DNA of 64,000 nt from Octopus sinensis (taxonomy: Eukaryota), in NCBI RefSeq assembly GCF_006345805.1, contig NC_043014.1, forward strand, positions 52,886,001-52,950,000, read 5' to 3'. Shown in pieces: positions 1-12,868 of this stretch; position 1 is the first letter of the stretch; every line of letters begins with the position of its first letter. A program made the translations under genes and the position numbers. The notes below the pieces were generated by a model. The model worked only from the letters and a program-made list of their open reading frames with translations. It did not search any database and was not told the origin of the DNA.

Positions 1-77
1 TGTTCAGTGCCAATACCAACTATACGGCCAAGAATGGCACCAACAACCATACTAGGAATAAACAGACCACATGGCAC
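1..77 (-). CDS. CLCN3: CLC exchanger exon, truncated by the window edge: VPCGLFIPSMVVGAILGRIVGIGTE
   Basis: Acceptor ttttctttttccag|GTG at 78/77, phase 0, matching the donor at 896. Contains the CLC GLFIP (GxFxP) motif. Not in the ORF track. Confidence 0.95.
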   Translation of the reverse strand, partial: MPCGLFIPSMVVGAILGRIVGIGTE

Positions 78-530
78 CTGGAAAAAGAAAACAATTCAAA
101 CACTGCAGTCATTGACTAAAGGGAAGTTTGAGAAATAATGTGCAAAAGTGTTTAATAAATAGCATCATGAACCACACACACACACACACACACACACACC
201 ATTGGTGTAGGTGTGTCCTGTGTGTAGACATCCACTTCATCATTGCTTGGACGTTCAGATGTTCAATAAACATTAATACAACACAAACACACATTATTGA
301 GAACATACAATTCTACACACACATATCACATAGCTCAAACATACAAACTCCCTCTCTCCGTGTGTGTGGATCACTGGACCCTGTCAAACTATCCAAGCCC
401 TGACAGCTTGGAAAACAGACATTCAATGATGGAACTAATGAGGATGATGATGATCATCGTCATCGTTTAACGTCCATTTTCCATGCTGGCATGGGTTGGA
501 CGGTTCGACTGAGGTGTAGGAAGATAAGCA

Positions 531-571
<41 letters not shown>

Positions 572-895
572 AATAGTCTCCTTGCCTTGACATCATTTGA
601 CAGTTGTAAATGAGTGCCACCTGAATGCAAGCAGGGTCCTTCATTTCCAATGTTCTGCATACACACACACTATCAACACCATTGTATTTTACAACACAAA
701 CACACTATGTACATACATACACATGCACACAACCAAAATGTACACATACACACTGCAAGCACACACACAGTCCTAGTGCATATGCGCTCAAATATAATGA
801 ACTGCACAAAGTAGACACAAACACACCTTACTGAAATAAATCATGCATTCAGTTACGATGAGAGAGAGAGCAGGATGTGTAATCATTTCACTCAC

Positions 896-1037
896 TTTAA
901 GGCCAAAAGTGAAGATAGTGATGATAGATTTAAAGAGTAGCGCCAAGCATAACTGCCAAACTGCCCGGATAACCCCGTCACCAGCGACGGCACTTCCTCC
1001 AAAGATGTTCACATTTGTTATACTACGGTTATAGTCA
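896..1037 (-). CDS. CLCN3: CLC exon: (C)DYNRSITNVNIFGGSAVAGDGVIRAVWQLCLALLFKSIITIFTFGLK
   Basis: Acceptor ctcgttgcag|T and donor AAA|gtgagt. 142 nt, phase 2 to 0. Resembles ClC-3 [23 protein letters not shown]. Confidence 0.95.
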
Positions 1038-1328
1038 CTGCAACGAGATAAACAAACAGATTAGATTAATGATGTTTATGCTGCCATTGTTAATCCAGAT
1101 GATAAATACCTTGTGCTATTAATTCTGCCCATGTTGCATAGGTACTCCCTTCACACTCATACTATCAGAAATGCAACAAGCCAGTGACTGGACAATTGGA
1201 AAAACTGTAACCAATGAGATTTCTGCTTATAAAATAAATGACAGGAAAATACCAAAAATGACTTAATTTTACAGAAATTAAAAAGAAAAAGTATAAATAA
1301 CATAGAAGTAAAAATAAAACAAACTTAC

Positions 1329-1397
1329 CATAATTCTCGAGTTCCTTCTGGTCCACAGCGGTTAACGAGAAGACGGATCAATTCACTGGAATTCATT
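1329..1397 (-). CDS. CLCN3: CLC exon: (R)MNSSELIRLLVNRCGPEGTREL(C)
   Basis: Acceptor tttctatttag|A and donor TG|gtaagt. 69 nt, phase 2 to 2. Resembles ClC-3 [24 protein letters not shown]. Confidence 0.93.
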
Positions 1398-1437
1398 CTA
1401 AATAGAAACAAGAATAAATACTTATTAAATAAAGCAT

Positions 1438-1941
1438 GCAATGAGATTGAACCGGAGACCATGTGGTTAGGAAGCAAGCGTCCAAGCCAAACACCAATGA
1501 CAGTGGATTCAAAGAAACAGGCAATGAGATTGAACCGGAGACCATGTGGTTAGGAAGCAAGCGTCCAAGCCAAACACCAATGACAGTGGATTCAAAGAAA
1601 CAGGCAATGAGATTGAACCGGAGACCATGTGGTTAGGAAGCAAGCGTCCAAGCCAAACACCAATGACAGTGGATTCAAAGAAACAGGCAATGAGATTGAA
1701 CCGGAGACCATGTGGTTAGGAAGCAAGCGTCCAAGCCAAACACCAATGACAGTGGATTCAAAGAAACAGGCAATGAGATTGAACCGGAGACCATGTGGTT
1801 AGGAAGCAAGCGTCCAAGCCAAACACCAATGACAGTGGATTCAAAGAAACAGGCAATGAGATTGAACCGGAGACCATGTGGTTAGGAAGCAAGCGTCCAA
1901 GCCAAACACCAATGACAGTGGATTCAAAGAAACAGGCAATG
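1438..1941. repeat. Tandem array of six apparently identical 83-bp units containing a SINE tRNA-like head
   Basis: The unit start atgagattga recurs at 1441, 1524, 1607, 1690, 1773 and 1856, with a partial unit at 1939. The reverse complement contains cttgcttcctaaccacatggtctccggttcaatc, like the SINE head at 15126. Confidence 0.95.
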
Positions 1942-2162
1942 TCCTCAGAATGTGGCTGGATTCTCACAAGTTTCTTTAAGAAATTTTCTCTGAGGAACCA
2001 AATTACAATTAGAGTTATTCCTAACATTTTGGGGTAGGGGGCCAGTCAATTAGATTGACCCCAGTCCGCAACTGGTACTTAATTTATCAACCCCGAAAGG
2101 ATGAAAGGCAAAGTTAACCTCAGTGGAATTTGAATGTTAGCTCTCATGTTACAATATCAATC

Positions 2163-2370
2163 TTATCATCATCATCATCATCATTTAACGTCCATTGTTC
2201 ATGCTGACATAGGTTGGACAGTTTGACCAGGGCTGGCAAGCTGGAAGGCTGCACCAGGCTCCAGTCTGATTTGGAATGGTTTCAACAGCTGGATGCCTTT
2301 CCTAATGCCAACCACTCTGAGAGTGTAATTGGTGCTTTTACATAACACCGGCACAGGTGCCATTTGTGTG
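2163..2370 (-). mobile_element. RTE 3' tail copy; related copies at about 448-520 (-), 3030-3218 (+) and 16795-16900 (-)
   Basis: (atc)n followed by ttaacgtcc...catg..gggttggac...cagctggatgccYttcctaa. Confidence 0.8.
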
Positions 2371-3815
2371 ACACAGTTATATAGACTTTTTTTTTTTTAT
2401 CTAAAACAGTTTCAAGTGTATATATTAAAATAACTGTTTCTGAATTGGATACAAGATCAGCAATTCTGAGCAGAGACCAGTTGATTACATTGACCCCAAT
2501 ACGTGGCTGGTATGTGAGCTTATCAAGTCTGAAAGGATGAAAAGCTAAGTTGATTTTGATGGGATCTGAACTCAGAACACAAAGAACAAGAGCTCTTTGT
2601 TCTGATGTCCATTGACATTTCACAGTTCTCCAAGAAGAAGCTTGTCTCCTCATCTTCACCTCCACAACTGAGCCACCACCACCACCACCACCTATCTCTT
2701 ACCTTCTTCATACATTTGCTTCTCCCTTCCCTACCCAACATCATCTCTGTTCTCTCATCCTTCTCCTGTCTACTGCTTCATCATTACTCTTCTGCTGCTC
2801 CACACTGCCAGTCATCTCCTACTCTTCACTCACTCTCTGCCCTCTGCCCCATTCATCCCCACCCACTTCAGACCTTCACTCCCAACCTTCTTAAATATAA
2901 GAAGTCATGTAGCACCTCGACAGCAAGAAACCTGTTCTGGTCTGGTCCCTTCTATCATAATTTTACCCCTCATCTTTTCATACAAAGCTTCCCCCCTCAG
3001 GGTTTGTAGTCTTTGCAAACCAAGCGGGGGCCTCATTAGTGCTGGTGGCGTGAAAGAAAAACAGAAACACTGTAAAATGGTTGGCATTAGGAAGGACATC
3101 CAACCACAGAAACCATACTAAAGCAAACACTGGAGCACAATGCAATCCTTAGGCCCATCGGATCCGGTCAAACCATTCCACCCATGCCAGCATGAAGCAT
3201 GGATGGTAAATGATGATGGTATGTGCAAGAAACATAAGCCAGTTCCTGAGGGAAGGAACGTGCATGTGCATACAAGTTTATTTCATACCTTGTTTTGTTT
3301 TCCTGTACCACTTTATTTGGATTATATTATAGCTTGAGTCAAATGTAATTTAATTTATTCAAAGCTTTAGTAAAATTTGCACCAAAGTGCAGTGTTTGTG
3401 CATTTGCAAAGAGTGAGTGCGTTTCTTTTGTCTCTTACTGCTTCATAGCATCCCATGGCTGACTCACTTCTCCTGCCCTACTTGTACCCTGTTCTCCTCT
3501 TTTCTGTAAGAGACTTGTACCCTGTTCTCCTACTTGTACCCCCTTCTCCTCTTTTCTGTCAGAGACTTCTCTTTTGGCTTAAGAAATTTTGTTTAAGCTG
3601 TGGAGAATCTAGTCAACACCCACTGTTTGCTGTGTTTTAGCACTCAAGGCCCAGAATTACCTAATGAGTGGCAATGGCCCCTACCCATCCCTCTCACTGT
3701 CAGAAATACAGTGAACCAGATTGGTTCATTAAAAACCTGGAACCAACAGCATTATTTTTCACAAGAATGTAATTCATTAATGCATTAATAGCTGAAAATG
3801 TGTGCTGCTACATAC

Positions 3816-3871
3816 CTTGTATACTGATTTGGGAAACTGAGAAGAGCCGTAATGAATGTAACAACCAAAAC
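3816..3871 (-). CDS. CLCN3: CLC exon: VLVVTFITALLSFPNQYT(R)
   Basis: Acceptor ttttcttgcag|GTT and donor AG|gtatgt. 56 nt, phase 0 to 2. Resembles ClC-3 VIIVAAITAVIAFPNPYTR. Confidence 0.93.
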
Positions 3872-4549
3872 CTGCAAGAAAACAAAGATAAAATGGTTGA
3901 GTGGAGGATCGATACATGTTTGGGTGCAAACTGATGGTACAAGAGACAGGCGTGACAGTGTGGTTGGAGGTTCAGTCCCACTGTACGCAACTTGGATTGA
4001 TAGATCATCATTACTGTTTTAACATCCACCACTTCCCCACGTTAGCATGGATCCGTCAGAATTGGGTGAAGCAGGTTTTCTGCAACCAGATACCCTTCTT
4101 AACATGAAACTTCAGGTGTTTCCAAGCAAGCTGATACTAATCCCCACCCCGTGGCCAGACACGTTTTCACAGAAGACTGTAAAAAGTGAAGGTCGTTGTT
4201 TGGATGACACTCATTTACAACAGTCATAGAATGTCATGGCAACGGGATAAAAACGGTTCCAGCTGAAGCCATTCAATCCCTTCTTTTCATCCTTTAAGAT
4301 AAGGCGAGTTTTCAGTGAGATTTGACTGTTATTTCTAGCAAGCTGAATCCTCAAATAGAGTTTCCTCATTTGGCTTTGATGCTGAACCCCAGGACATTCC
4401 TGATGGAGCAGAAATATGGCATAAAAGGCACTCCAATCACGCTCAACCTATATCTATGTTTATCAAGGATTACACTGTCCAATGTGTCTTTATTTTAAAG
4501 CAGATCGAGTGATCAGGTAGGGATTTGGATTGGTCAAGTTACGACTTAC

Positions 4550-4639
4550 CTCAACAATTGGATATTTGCCCAGGTTGGAAGTTTTGCGATATCTGCACCA
4601 CATAATATTGAACTTTATAAAGAAGCTGCCATACAATCC
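4550..4639 (-). CDS. CLCN3: CLC exon: [30 protein letters not shown]
   Basis: Acceptor tctatttccag|GGA and donor GAG|gtaagt. 90 nt, phase 0 to 0. Confidence 0.95.
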
Positions 4640-4838
4640 CTGGAAATAGAAGCGAGAGATGAGTGTAGGAGGAGGGTCTGAGAGGGGAAGACAGAGGCAG
4701 AGAATAGAGAAGATAAGAGAGAAAGAAGGGAGGAGGAAGAGGAGATAGAATAGAGAAGGAAGGGGGAATACAGGTGATAGGAGGGGGAGGAAGAAAACTG
4801 AAGAAATTTCACAGAGGGAAAAAGAGAAATCAACTCAC

Positions 4839-5021
4839 ACCAAATGCTCCAAGAAGTATAAATGGTATGAGCTCCTGAAGGTACCATGGTTCATTGTAGT
4901 CTATGTAGAACATGACAAGATGGTCATTGCCAAATGGATTCAGCGAACGAAGGACAAAGGCGGCAGCCAAGGCGCAGAAAAAGGAACGCCATAGGGTCTT
5001 CAATGGGAAATAGTAGCTGAC
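4839..5021 (-). CDS. CLCN3: CLC exon: [61 protein letters not shown]
   Basis: Acceptor ccatcttcag|GTC and donor GGT|gtgagt. 183 nt. Lies within ORF 4830..5132; the sequence is highly conserved in ClC-3/4/5. Confidence 0.97.
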
Positions 5022-5984
5022 CTGAAGATGGAAAGGAGAGAAAATAATTCCGGGGTCAGTGAAAGAAGAGAGAGATTTCAAGAGACAGAGCAGCAGCAGC
5101 AATATAAGAATAAATAATAATGATGGGTGCAAGTGTGGCCATGCGGCAAGAAGCTTGCTTCCTAATCATTTGGTTAAGGGCTCAGTCCCACTGCATGACA
5201 CCATAAGCAAGGGTCCTCTACTATAGCCCCAGACAGACCATAGCCTTGTGAGTAGATTTGGTAGACAGAAACTGAAAGAAGACTTGTGCCTGCTCATATT
5301 TCCCTGTCTTGACATCACATGTTTGTTGTCCCTTTTTGTTGTCTGGGGACCCCTATTTCCAAATCTTTATATTGGGCAGAATTGTTAGCATGTTGGACCA
5401 AACGCCCAGCGGCATTTCCTCCAATTCATTATGGTTTAAGTTCAAATTCTGCAAAGCTAGACTTTGTCTTTCATTCTTTTCGGGGTCGATTCAACTGACT
5501 TATACCCACTCCTAAAACTGCTGAGTTTCTGCCAAAATTAGAAAGAATTATTATAAGACTAGTGGGACCCGTGGATATTATACAGAATTAATGGTAAACT
5601 TATTGGGTTATTTCTGAAAACTTTATCCCAAAAAGTAACCTGTGTAGTGTCTGTATGAAAGAAGAGAGTCACTCATCTGCTAATCATTGAAAATGGAAGC
5701 AAACTGGAATCAGATGATTACTTAATGCACTTTATAAATGCACTTTATGCACAATTTTGCAGACTTCATACACGACACTCCCTCTTTGCATTACCAACTG
5801 TTTCTCACATCTTCAACCCTTTGCCTTTCTTTTCAAGTAATCATGCGAAAGCATTACAGATGGTCGAAGTAAAGGAGAAAAGAAAACATTTCTCAAAAGA
5901 AAATTACACATTTCATACACCCCCATCTCTTCTTCACTTATCTCCCCTCCTCCAGATTGTATGAAGCCAGTGTGTGACTAGCTA

Positions 5985-6652
5985 TGCTACATGGCAGTAA
6001 AACATGGGATGGCCTAAAAGAATGAAGCCAGCATGCTCCACTGGATGGGTAATGTCAGTGTACATGTACAACAGATTGTAAATGAGCTGAGAGAACCATG
6101 AAGTATAAGAGGCATCAGATGTTGTGTGCCAGAAAGGAGACTGCACTGGAATGGTCATGAGATGCTTATGGATGAGTACATTCGCACCAAGAAGTGCTGA
6201 TTTCTGATTGTACGAGGAATGTGTGGAAAGGGTAGATCCAAGAAGAATGGGACAAAATGGTGAGAAAGGTGCTTCAGATATAGAGAGAGGATGACAAGGG
6301 ACTAAGTCTTCTGGTGGTTTGCTGTGCTTGAGAATATATGTCCAACCAAGTAAAATTATGGCCGTCCACCATATATACAGGCATGTCCTCTGTGTGTTCT
6401 TGTCTTGTGGGCATATGGGGGCTGGTAAACATAAAAGCACCTTTGCTAGCGCCAGGTAAAAGTGCCTGTGCCAGACCTGTGTAAAAGCACCCAAGCAGGT
6501 GCCATGTTAAAGGCACCCAGCACACATGTAACGTGGCTGGCATTAGGAAGGGCATCCGGCTGTAGAGATTATGTTCAAACGGACGAAATGAAACCTGGTC
6601 ATCTCCTATCAAATCATCTCAAGCATGCCACCAGCATGGAGACCTGATGATG
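5985..6652 (+). mobile_element. RTE-clade LINE 3' fragment
   Basis: gctacatggcagt...gaatgaagccagcatgctccactggatg, plus the 3' UTR ggcattaggaagggcatcc and a tgatgatgat tail. Confidence 0.8.
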
Positions 6653-7589
6653 ATGGTGCATTCCATTCAGGACGGTCAGTGACAACCAGAATAATTTGGG
6701 ATAAAATATTTTACAATACTCAGTTATGTCCCTTCACATTCAATTCCAACCAAGATCGTTTAAATAAATACCATCACATACCATCACCAATTAAATTCAG
6801 CACAAACCTTTCTCACAATTCCTAGCACATTGTTAGGAAATGTTGGAAATTACTAATAACTGGCAAACTGTTGTGAAAGTGAAGACCAGGTAAAGTGGAA
6901 CCTTGGTTTATGAATTTGATTCTTTCCTGAAGGCTGTTTTCCACCCAAATGTTCATAAGCTGAAATTATTTTACCCAAAGGAAATTCAAGAGAAAGCATG
7001 GTGAATTTGAGCAGGGCTATGCCCTGAATGAAAGCGACTGACACCCCCAGCTTGTTGTCATCTTGCATATATTCATTACTTGAAATGTATATTTAGGTTT
7101 GTAAAATTGTTCATAAACTGATTCATTTATGATGAAATGGATTTGTAAGCCAAAGTTCCATTGTATTTGGATTCTTTTGTACCAAATTCCAGCTAATAAC
7201 TTCCAGAACTGAATACAAGCGTAAGTTTTGTAGGATGGAAAGCATTTCTTTTGAGATGATGGAATATGAAAGCAGTGTGTGTGTGTGTATGTGATGTGCC
7301 AAATGTTTCACACATCTTAATATAAGGATTGTGTACACTGTCTTTGTACACAAGCCTATATTTCCTAATAATTTTTTTCGTGTAATGATAAACAGCAGAG
7401 AGAGAGAGAGAGTGAGAGGAGAAAAAGAAAGAGAAAGGAGAGAGAAGAAAGGGGAAGAGAGGATGTCTGCAGGAGGGGTAAATGGCACACACACATTTTA
7501 TTTGGCTGCAAAAGGTACATAAGTGGCCCAATGGCCAAGAGTTTCATACACATTGCATTATGTGCACATATATGTATGCACACACAGCC

Positions 7590-7632
<43 letters not shown>

Positions 7633-7707
7633 TCTGAAACAAAGAAGTTTTTAGAGTTAAATATAATATGAAGTTGTAGTAAGAGTTAAAATAAACAATT
7701 TCCTTAC

Positions 7708-7788
7708 CTCTTCTAGACTGAACAACACCCCACCAATTGGGGCACCAAACGCTACACTGACCCCAGCAGCAGCAGCAGCTGATAGGAC
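7708..7788 (-). CDS. CLCN3: CLC exon: [27 protein letters not shown] (ends in the proton-glutamate region)
   Basis: Acceptor ttttcctatgaag|GTC and donor GAG|gtaagg. 81 nt. Lies within ORF 7657..7965. Confidence 0.97.
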
Positions 7789-8229
7789 CTTCATAGGAAA
7801 AAAGAAAGCCAGATGTAACAAGATGTCACAATGGTTGTATGATAATATTGACAATGGCGATGATGATGATGATGATGCAAGAGCTGGCATTCCAAAAAGT
7901 ACAGAAGTCGAGAGAGTACACTGCCACAGAAGTACAGCAGGCACCAAAGAAACCTCTGCCCTCAAACATCATGCTACAGATTCAGGCAAATTTCCTCAAA
8001 CTGCACCCGGTCATCTTACAAAACAAAGACAATGATAGACAGGATGGTCACAGAGTGGAATGTCTTTGATTATAGGTCTGTTGAATCAGGACTGACCAGG
8101 GGCAAAACAACAATACAAGTAACTAAATGCATTAGTCAAAAGAAGAAAGAGACAGTGCTTGTGTTTTCTGTCAGGTCCCTGAGACTGTTGCTAGGGAAAA
8201 GAAGGAAAACAGGGTCAGCTTGTTAAGAA

Positions 8230-8960
8230 ATTTGCTTCACAACGATGCAGAGGGTGTCACTGAGTAAGTGTCTTCTAGAGTTAGCCTAGATGAGATGAAG
8301 AGGCACTGCTGAGGCTGTCTTCCTGGTGAGGCAACTGCGGGAAAAGTACTTAACCAAAAATAATGTACATAATTCCTCATCTCTTAAATATAGAACTGTA
8401 TTAAATCACTCAATAATATACCAATCAAAAACGTTGACTTCAAATATCTTGGATCACAGTAGACTCCCAAAAGGACTTTCGCATCTGCAAAGCTCTTGCT
8501 TGGGATGCATGTAATAGACTTGATAAGATCTGGCACTCAAGCCTTCCACCCATGTTAAAAGTTAAAATATTTAGAAACACTGATTGAGCCGGTCCTTCTC
8601 AATAGATCAGAGACCTGGACCTTATCGGCTGTCTTAGAAAAAGAAGATGGAACGTATACCAACTTGCTCAGAAAGATGCAAAACACCAATTAGAGATGAC
8701 ACCCAACACTTAGTAACATCTACGGAAATCTAATACAAATATCCTTCAAGCCAAAGCAGAAACGGCTACAATTTTCTGGCCATGACCATCCCTCTGGAAG
8801 TGTTTTCTCCAGGAAACTGACATTTCCAGGCACTAAATCTTGGAACTCAGGGTTGGAGATTAGAGATCTGAACCCAGCAATGCAGGACCATGAAATGTGG
8901 AAAGGGATTATCAATGGTGTTCTGACCAACCATGGTCGATTGAAGGATGATGATGAGACG
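8230..8960 (+). mobile_element. Decayed RTE-like LINE fragments
   Basis: Broken frames give VFLVRQLREKYL, DFKYLGS, EPVLLNRSETWTL and DGTYTNLLRKMQ. Confidence 0.6.
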
Positions 8961-9412
8961 TGGCAAGAAAGAGATAAACCAGGACTTCCAAACAAAATAA
9001 GCTTGTATTGTTTGTTCTGCCAGTGTTTCACAGGTGCTCCCTTAGTCATTCTAAAATAAATGTAATATAAAGTCCAAGTAATAAATAAATAAAATTATAG
9101 AGGTTATCATGGGGTCTATACCAGATCTAGGTGCTTAAAACCCCAACTATGGATGTGACGTACAGACCAAGCTGTGTGTTGTATGTTTTTATGTAATAAG
9201 TGTTGTGCCATAGCAGAACTGGTGCAGTGAACAAGAATACTTTGTGATATTTGGCTATGTTCTGGTTACTCCCTTCACAATTCTACCTTACAGAGAAAGA
9301 CGGGGTCATTTTCCTCGCATAAAACTCTTGAAATCAGCACCCATGAATTGGCACAGCCAAATAATGGCAGGCAATAAAAATATAAAAGTGGAAGGAAAAA
9401 TGCTATCCTTAC

Positions 9413-9619
9413 CTCTCTCTTTTTGGCTTCATTCTTCCCATATTTCGGAAACAAGTAGGAAAAAATGTTCCCACAACAACATGCTACATGAACAAAGGGG
9501 CCTTCTTTACCAAGACTAAGGCCTGCAGATACAGCTAACATCATCCCAACTGATTTGATCATTAATGTCCATTTCCCTAAGTAGCCTCGGATAATGAAGC
9601 CACTCAAAATAGTTTTTAT
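9413..9619 (-). CDS. CLCN3: CLC exon: [69 protein letters not shown]
   Basis: Acceptor ttcttttgcag|ATA and donor GAG|gtaagg. 207 nt. GKEGP gating-glutamate motif, with the Glu codon GAA at 9505-9503. Confidence 0.98.
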
Positions 9620-10535
9620 CTGCAAAAGAAAGAATTGAAAAAAAAAAAGAAAAAAAACAGTTATGTCATATGTAAACAAACATCGGTTTGTTTTTGAAGC
9701 ACTGAAATGTAGTACAAGAAGGGATGTGAGTTCAAGTCTCATGGTTGGTTGCTGACAGATTTTTCTGCTCTGTAAGGATTTTATTCTATATCAGTACTTA
9801 CACGTTGAAAAAATATATCTTTCTACTTGTACAAAAATGGTTATTACATGTCTAAATGTCTGAGTTAATCACATCATTTTTCAGACTATCTTTGAAGAGG
9901 AAAGATTTTTTGCTTTTACATCTACACATCTATCAGCTCTAAAGATAAATGTTAACAATGGAAGATGACTTGGTTAAAATTGGTAGAAGACTTGATAATG
10001 GTGACAATGGACTTGATAACGGTACCACAACACTTGTGTAATAGTGACAATAGCAAGAGAAGGCCTTGGTTGGGAAAATGTGAAACGGTTTGGTTAATAG
10101 AGCTGAAAACCTTCATCAGAAGTGACAAAAGGTTTGAAAATAGCTGTCTAAATAAAGTTGTGGGACAGCTCCCAAGTATTGATGGTGTGTAAGTTGGAAC
10201 ATTATTTCTAAAGATGAAGTTAATCATCTCAACAATTAAATTTTCAAAATCATAATTTTTAGCAAATAGAAGACTTTTAAAAAATACTAAAAGATAAAAT
10301 GTTGCACCATGCAAAACTGCAGTGCAGATAATTGCATTAAAAACATTGTGGAAAGGGTGCAATGGAAGACAATCCTTCATACAATAACATCTGTTGTCAG
10401 GTAATGAAGTTGAGCAGAGGAAGATAGCGAAGGGGTTCAGTGATTTTTAAATGAGATCAATTCTGTGTTGCAAAAAGCAACAAAGATCTTTGTATTGAGA
10501 CAAGAATCAATGATAAAGGAGCAACTTTGACTTAC

Positions 10536-10700
10536 CTCAGGAATACCTGAACCGCAGGCATATGGAGCAAACACACGCACCAACATTGCAGCAAGGGCAG
10601 CAAGTGTTAATGCCACAACAACATATAACATGTATTCAACTATGTAGGAACCAGCTCCCTGGCTGTTGGTTATCCCGAATAATTTGGCGTAGGTGTACCA
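10536..10700 (-). CDS. CLCN3: CLC exon: WYTYAKLFGITNSQGAGSYIVEYMLYVVVALTLAALAAMLVRVFAPYACGSGIPE
   Basis: Acceptor gtatccttctag|TGG and donor GAG|gtaagt. 165 nt. GSGIPE selectivity motif. Confidence 0.98.
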
Positions 10701-11325
10701 CTAGAAGGATACAAAGGAAGATTTTATATATACAGACATATACACATACACTTACACACATAAAAGTGTATGTGTGTGTGTATATATACACACACACATC
10801 AATTAACCACGAAGCCTAAGTCTGTTTTCCGAGTGGGCTTCAAGCAAACAACAACAACAACAACACTGTTAGCAAAGCCATTGTTTACAACCAGCAACAC
10901 ATGGAAAGACGAGAGTAAATAGGACAGCCACATGCACTGGCATAGACGACACCCACACACATGTATATAAACATATATTGTGAGAGGTTTCTTTCACTTT
11001 CCATCTCTCAAATCGCTCACAAGGCATTGATTGGACCAGGGTCCTAGTAGAAGATACTAGCCTCAGATGTCGCAAACCAGAAATCATGTGCTTTGGAAGC
11101 AGACTGTTTTATGCACAGCAGGCTGCAAATGTAAACCCAGCAGGTCTTCTCTCCCTCAGCCACAATACTACAGGAGATTGCTTTTACAAGCTTCACAGTT
11201 GCTTGCTTTTCGGCATTGGAAGTAACCTGATCTTTTCACCCACAAAAGACACAAGAAAAGTTGAGTAAGAAGAATAAATAACAAGAAGAACAACAACAAC
11301 AGCAAGATGAAAATGACCAACTGAC

Positions 11326-11474
11326 CTGTGAACAGTTTGCAGCTTCATCAAATGTGGTGTTGACCACTGACCAGCAACACTGTTCTCTGTTCAACCAGAA
11401 AGCGTCTAAACAAATACCTTCTTTCAAATCTGACATCCACGTTGTCCCAATATCAATGATGCCAGCACTCAAAC
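11326..11474 (-). CDS. CLCN3: CLC exon: (G)LSAGIIDIGTTWMSDLKEGICLDAFWLNREQCCWSVVNTTFDEAANCSQ
   Basis: Acceptor tttgttgcag|GT and donor CAG|gtcagt. 149 nt, phase 1 to 0. WMSDLKEGIC and NREQCCW are typical of ClC-3/4/5. Confidence 0.97.
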
Positions 11475-12827
11475 CTGCAACAAACATTAAAAACAAAGAA
11501 ATTAGTTCAAATCCTGCTGAGGTTGACATTGCTTTTCAACCTTCCGGGGTCGATGAAATAAGTACCAGTTGTGTACTGGGATCAATGTATGCAACTAGCT
11601 CTCCCCCCTCAAAATGCTGGCCTTGTGCCAAAATTGGAAATCCTTATTATTATTATTCCTAAGGCATCAAGCTGGTAGATTTGATAGCAAACTGCAGAGA
11701 ATGCGTAGCAGTAGTTCTTCTGGGTTTAAATGCTGACCTGCCAGTTTTACTTTTCCTCCTTTTGTGGTTGATAAAATAAGTAGCAGTTGAATATTGGGGG
11801 TCAATGTAATCAACTACCCACTCCCCTAAAAATTAACCTTGTGTCAAAATTAGAAAGAAGCAATCTCCGCTGCCACTATTATTATTATTATTATTATTAT
11901 AATAACAAGGCAACAAACTGGCAGACTCCTTGGTATACTGGACAAAATGTTTGGTGGCATTTTGTCCATCTTCCCATTCTGAGTTCCAATTCTGCTAGGG
12001 TTGACTTTGCCTTTCATCCTTTTAGGGTCAATAAAATAAGTACCAGTTGAACACTGGAGTTGATGTAATTGACCAAAAAAAGGGCTTTAAAATGATACAT
12101 AAAGTCAAAGTAATTTAATGAAAATTAATTTGAAAAAACATCATTTAAAGACAAAATTAAAAATTCCACAAGAACTTTTACGACAACCTGATAAATAAAA
12201 AAAAGGATTTTACTTGTTGGTAGAGAATGGTAAGAAGCTTGCTTCTCGGCCACATGGCCCCAAGGCCAATCTGACTGGACGGTGCTTTGAGTGAATGTCT
12301 TGTGAGTGTTTTTGGAAGACAGAAACTGAAAGAAGCCCATCGTATATCTTCATGTGTATTTCTATGTCTGTCCACTGATTGACAACCAGTGTTGGTGTGT
12401 TTATGTCCCCCAGGCTCTAAAAAAAAGTACTAGGATTGGTTCATAGAAAAAATAAATTTAAGGCAGTGCCCTAGCATGGCCATACATGACTGAAACAAGG
12501 AAAACACACACACACACACCCCCAACGTTTTTCTTCCTGATGCATCACTTCAGGTCACTGAATTCTAAATGTGTTTCAAGATCTTGTTGCACACAAACAC
12601 TCTTCTTGAAGAAAATAAACACTGGAAATGCTTTGTGTGTAGACACACAGACACACACAGACATGACCTTCAAGAGAAACCAGCTGAGATGGTCGTCGGA
12701 TGGTTGATTGGATTTTTAACAAACATGAAACTACTAGTAACAATGTGCTTAGTTCATGCACTGACTTCTTACTCTACAACTGTATTGAGCACTCTACTTT
12801 CATGCTCATATAATTTAGTTTATAGCA

Positions 12828-12868
<41 letters not shown>

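Noticed and set aside
1438-1941. Regular repeat array resembling CRISPR
   Set aside because: The units are contiguous and identical with no unique spacers, no cas genes are present, and the context is a eukaryotic intron.
2523-3009. His/Trp-run ORFs on both strands
   Set aside because: They come from (CCA)n low-complexity intron sequence with no splice or homology support.
3467-3612. Purine-rich, internally duplicated segment bounded by AG...GTGAGT on the minus strand (possible extra exon)
   Set aside because: There is no polypyrimidine tract, all three frames contain stops, and the CLC alignment needs no exon here.
9503-9505. A-to-I recoding of the gating glutamate (GAA to GGA) to uncouple transport
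   Set aside because: Editing cannot be seen in genomic DNA. The relevant A has a 5' G, which ADARs disfavour, while the better-context A is synonymous.
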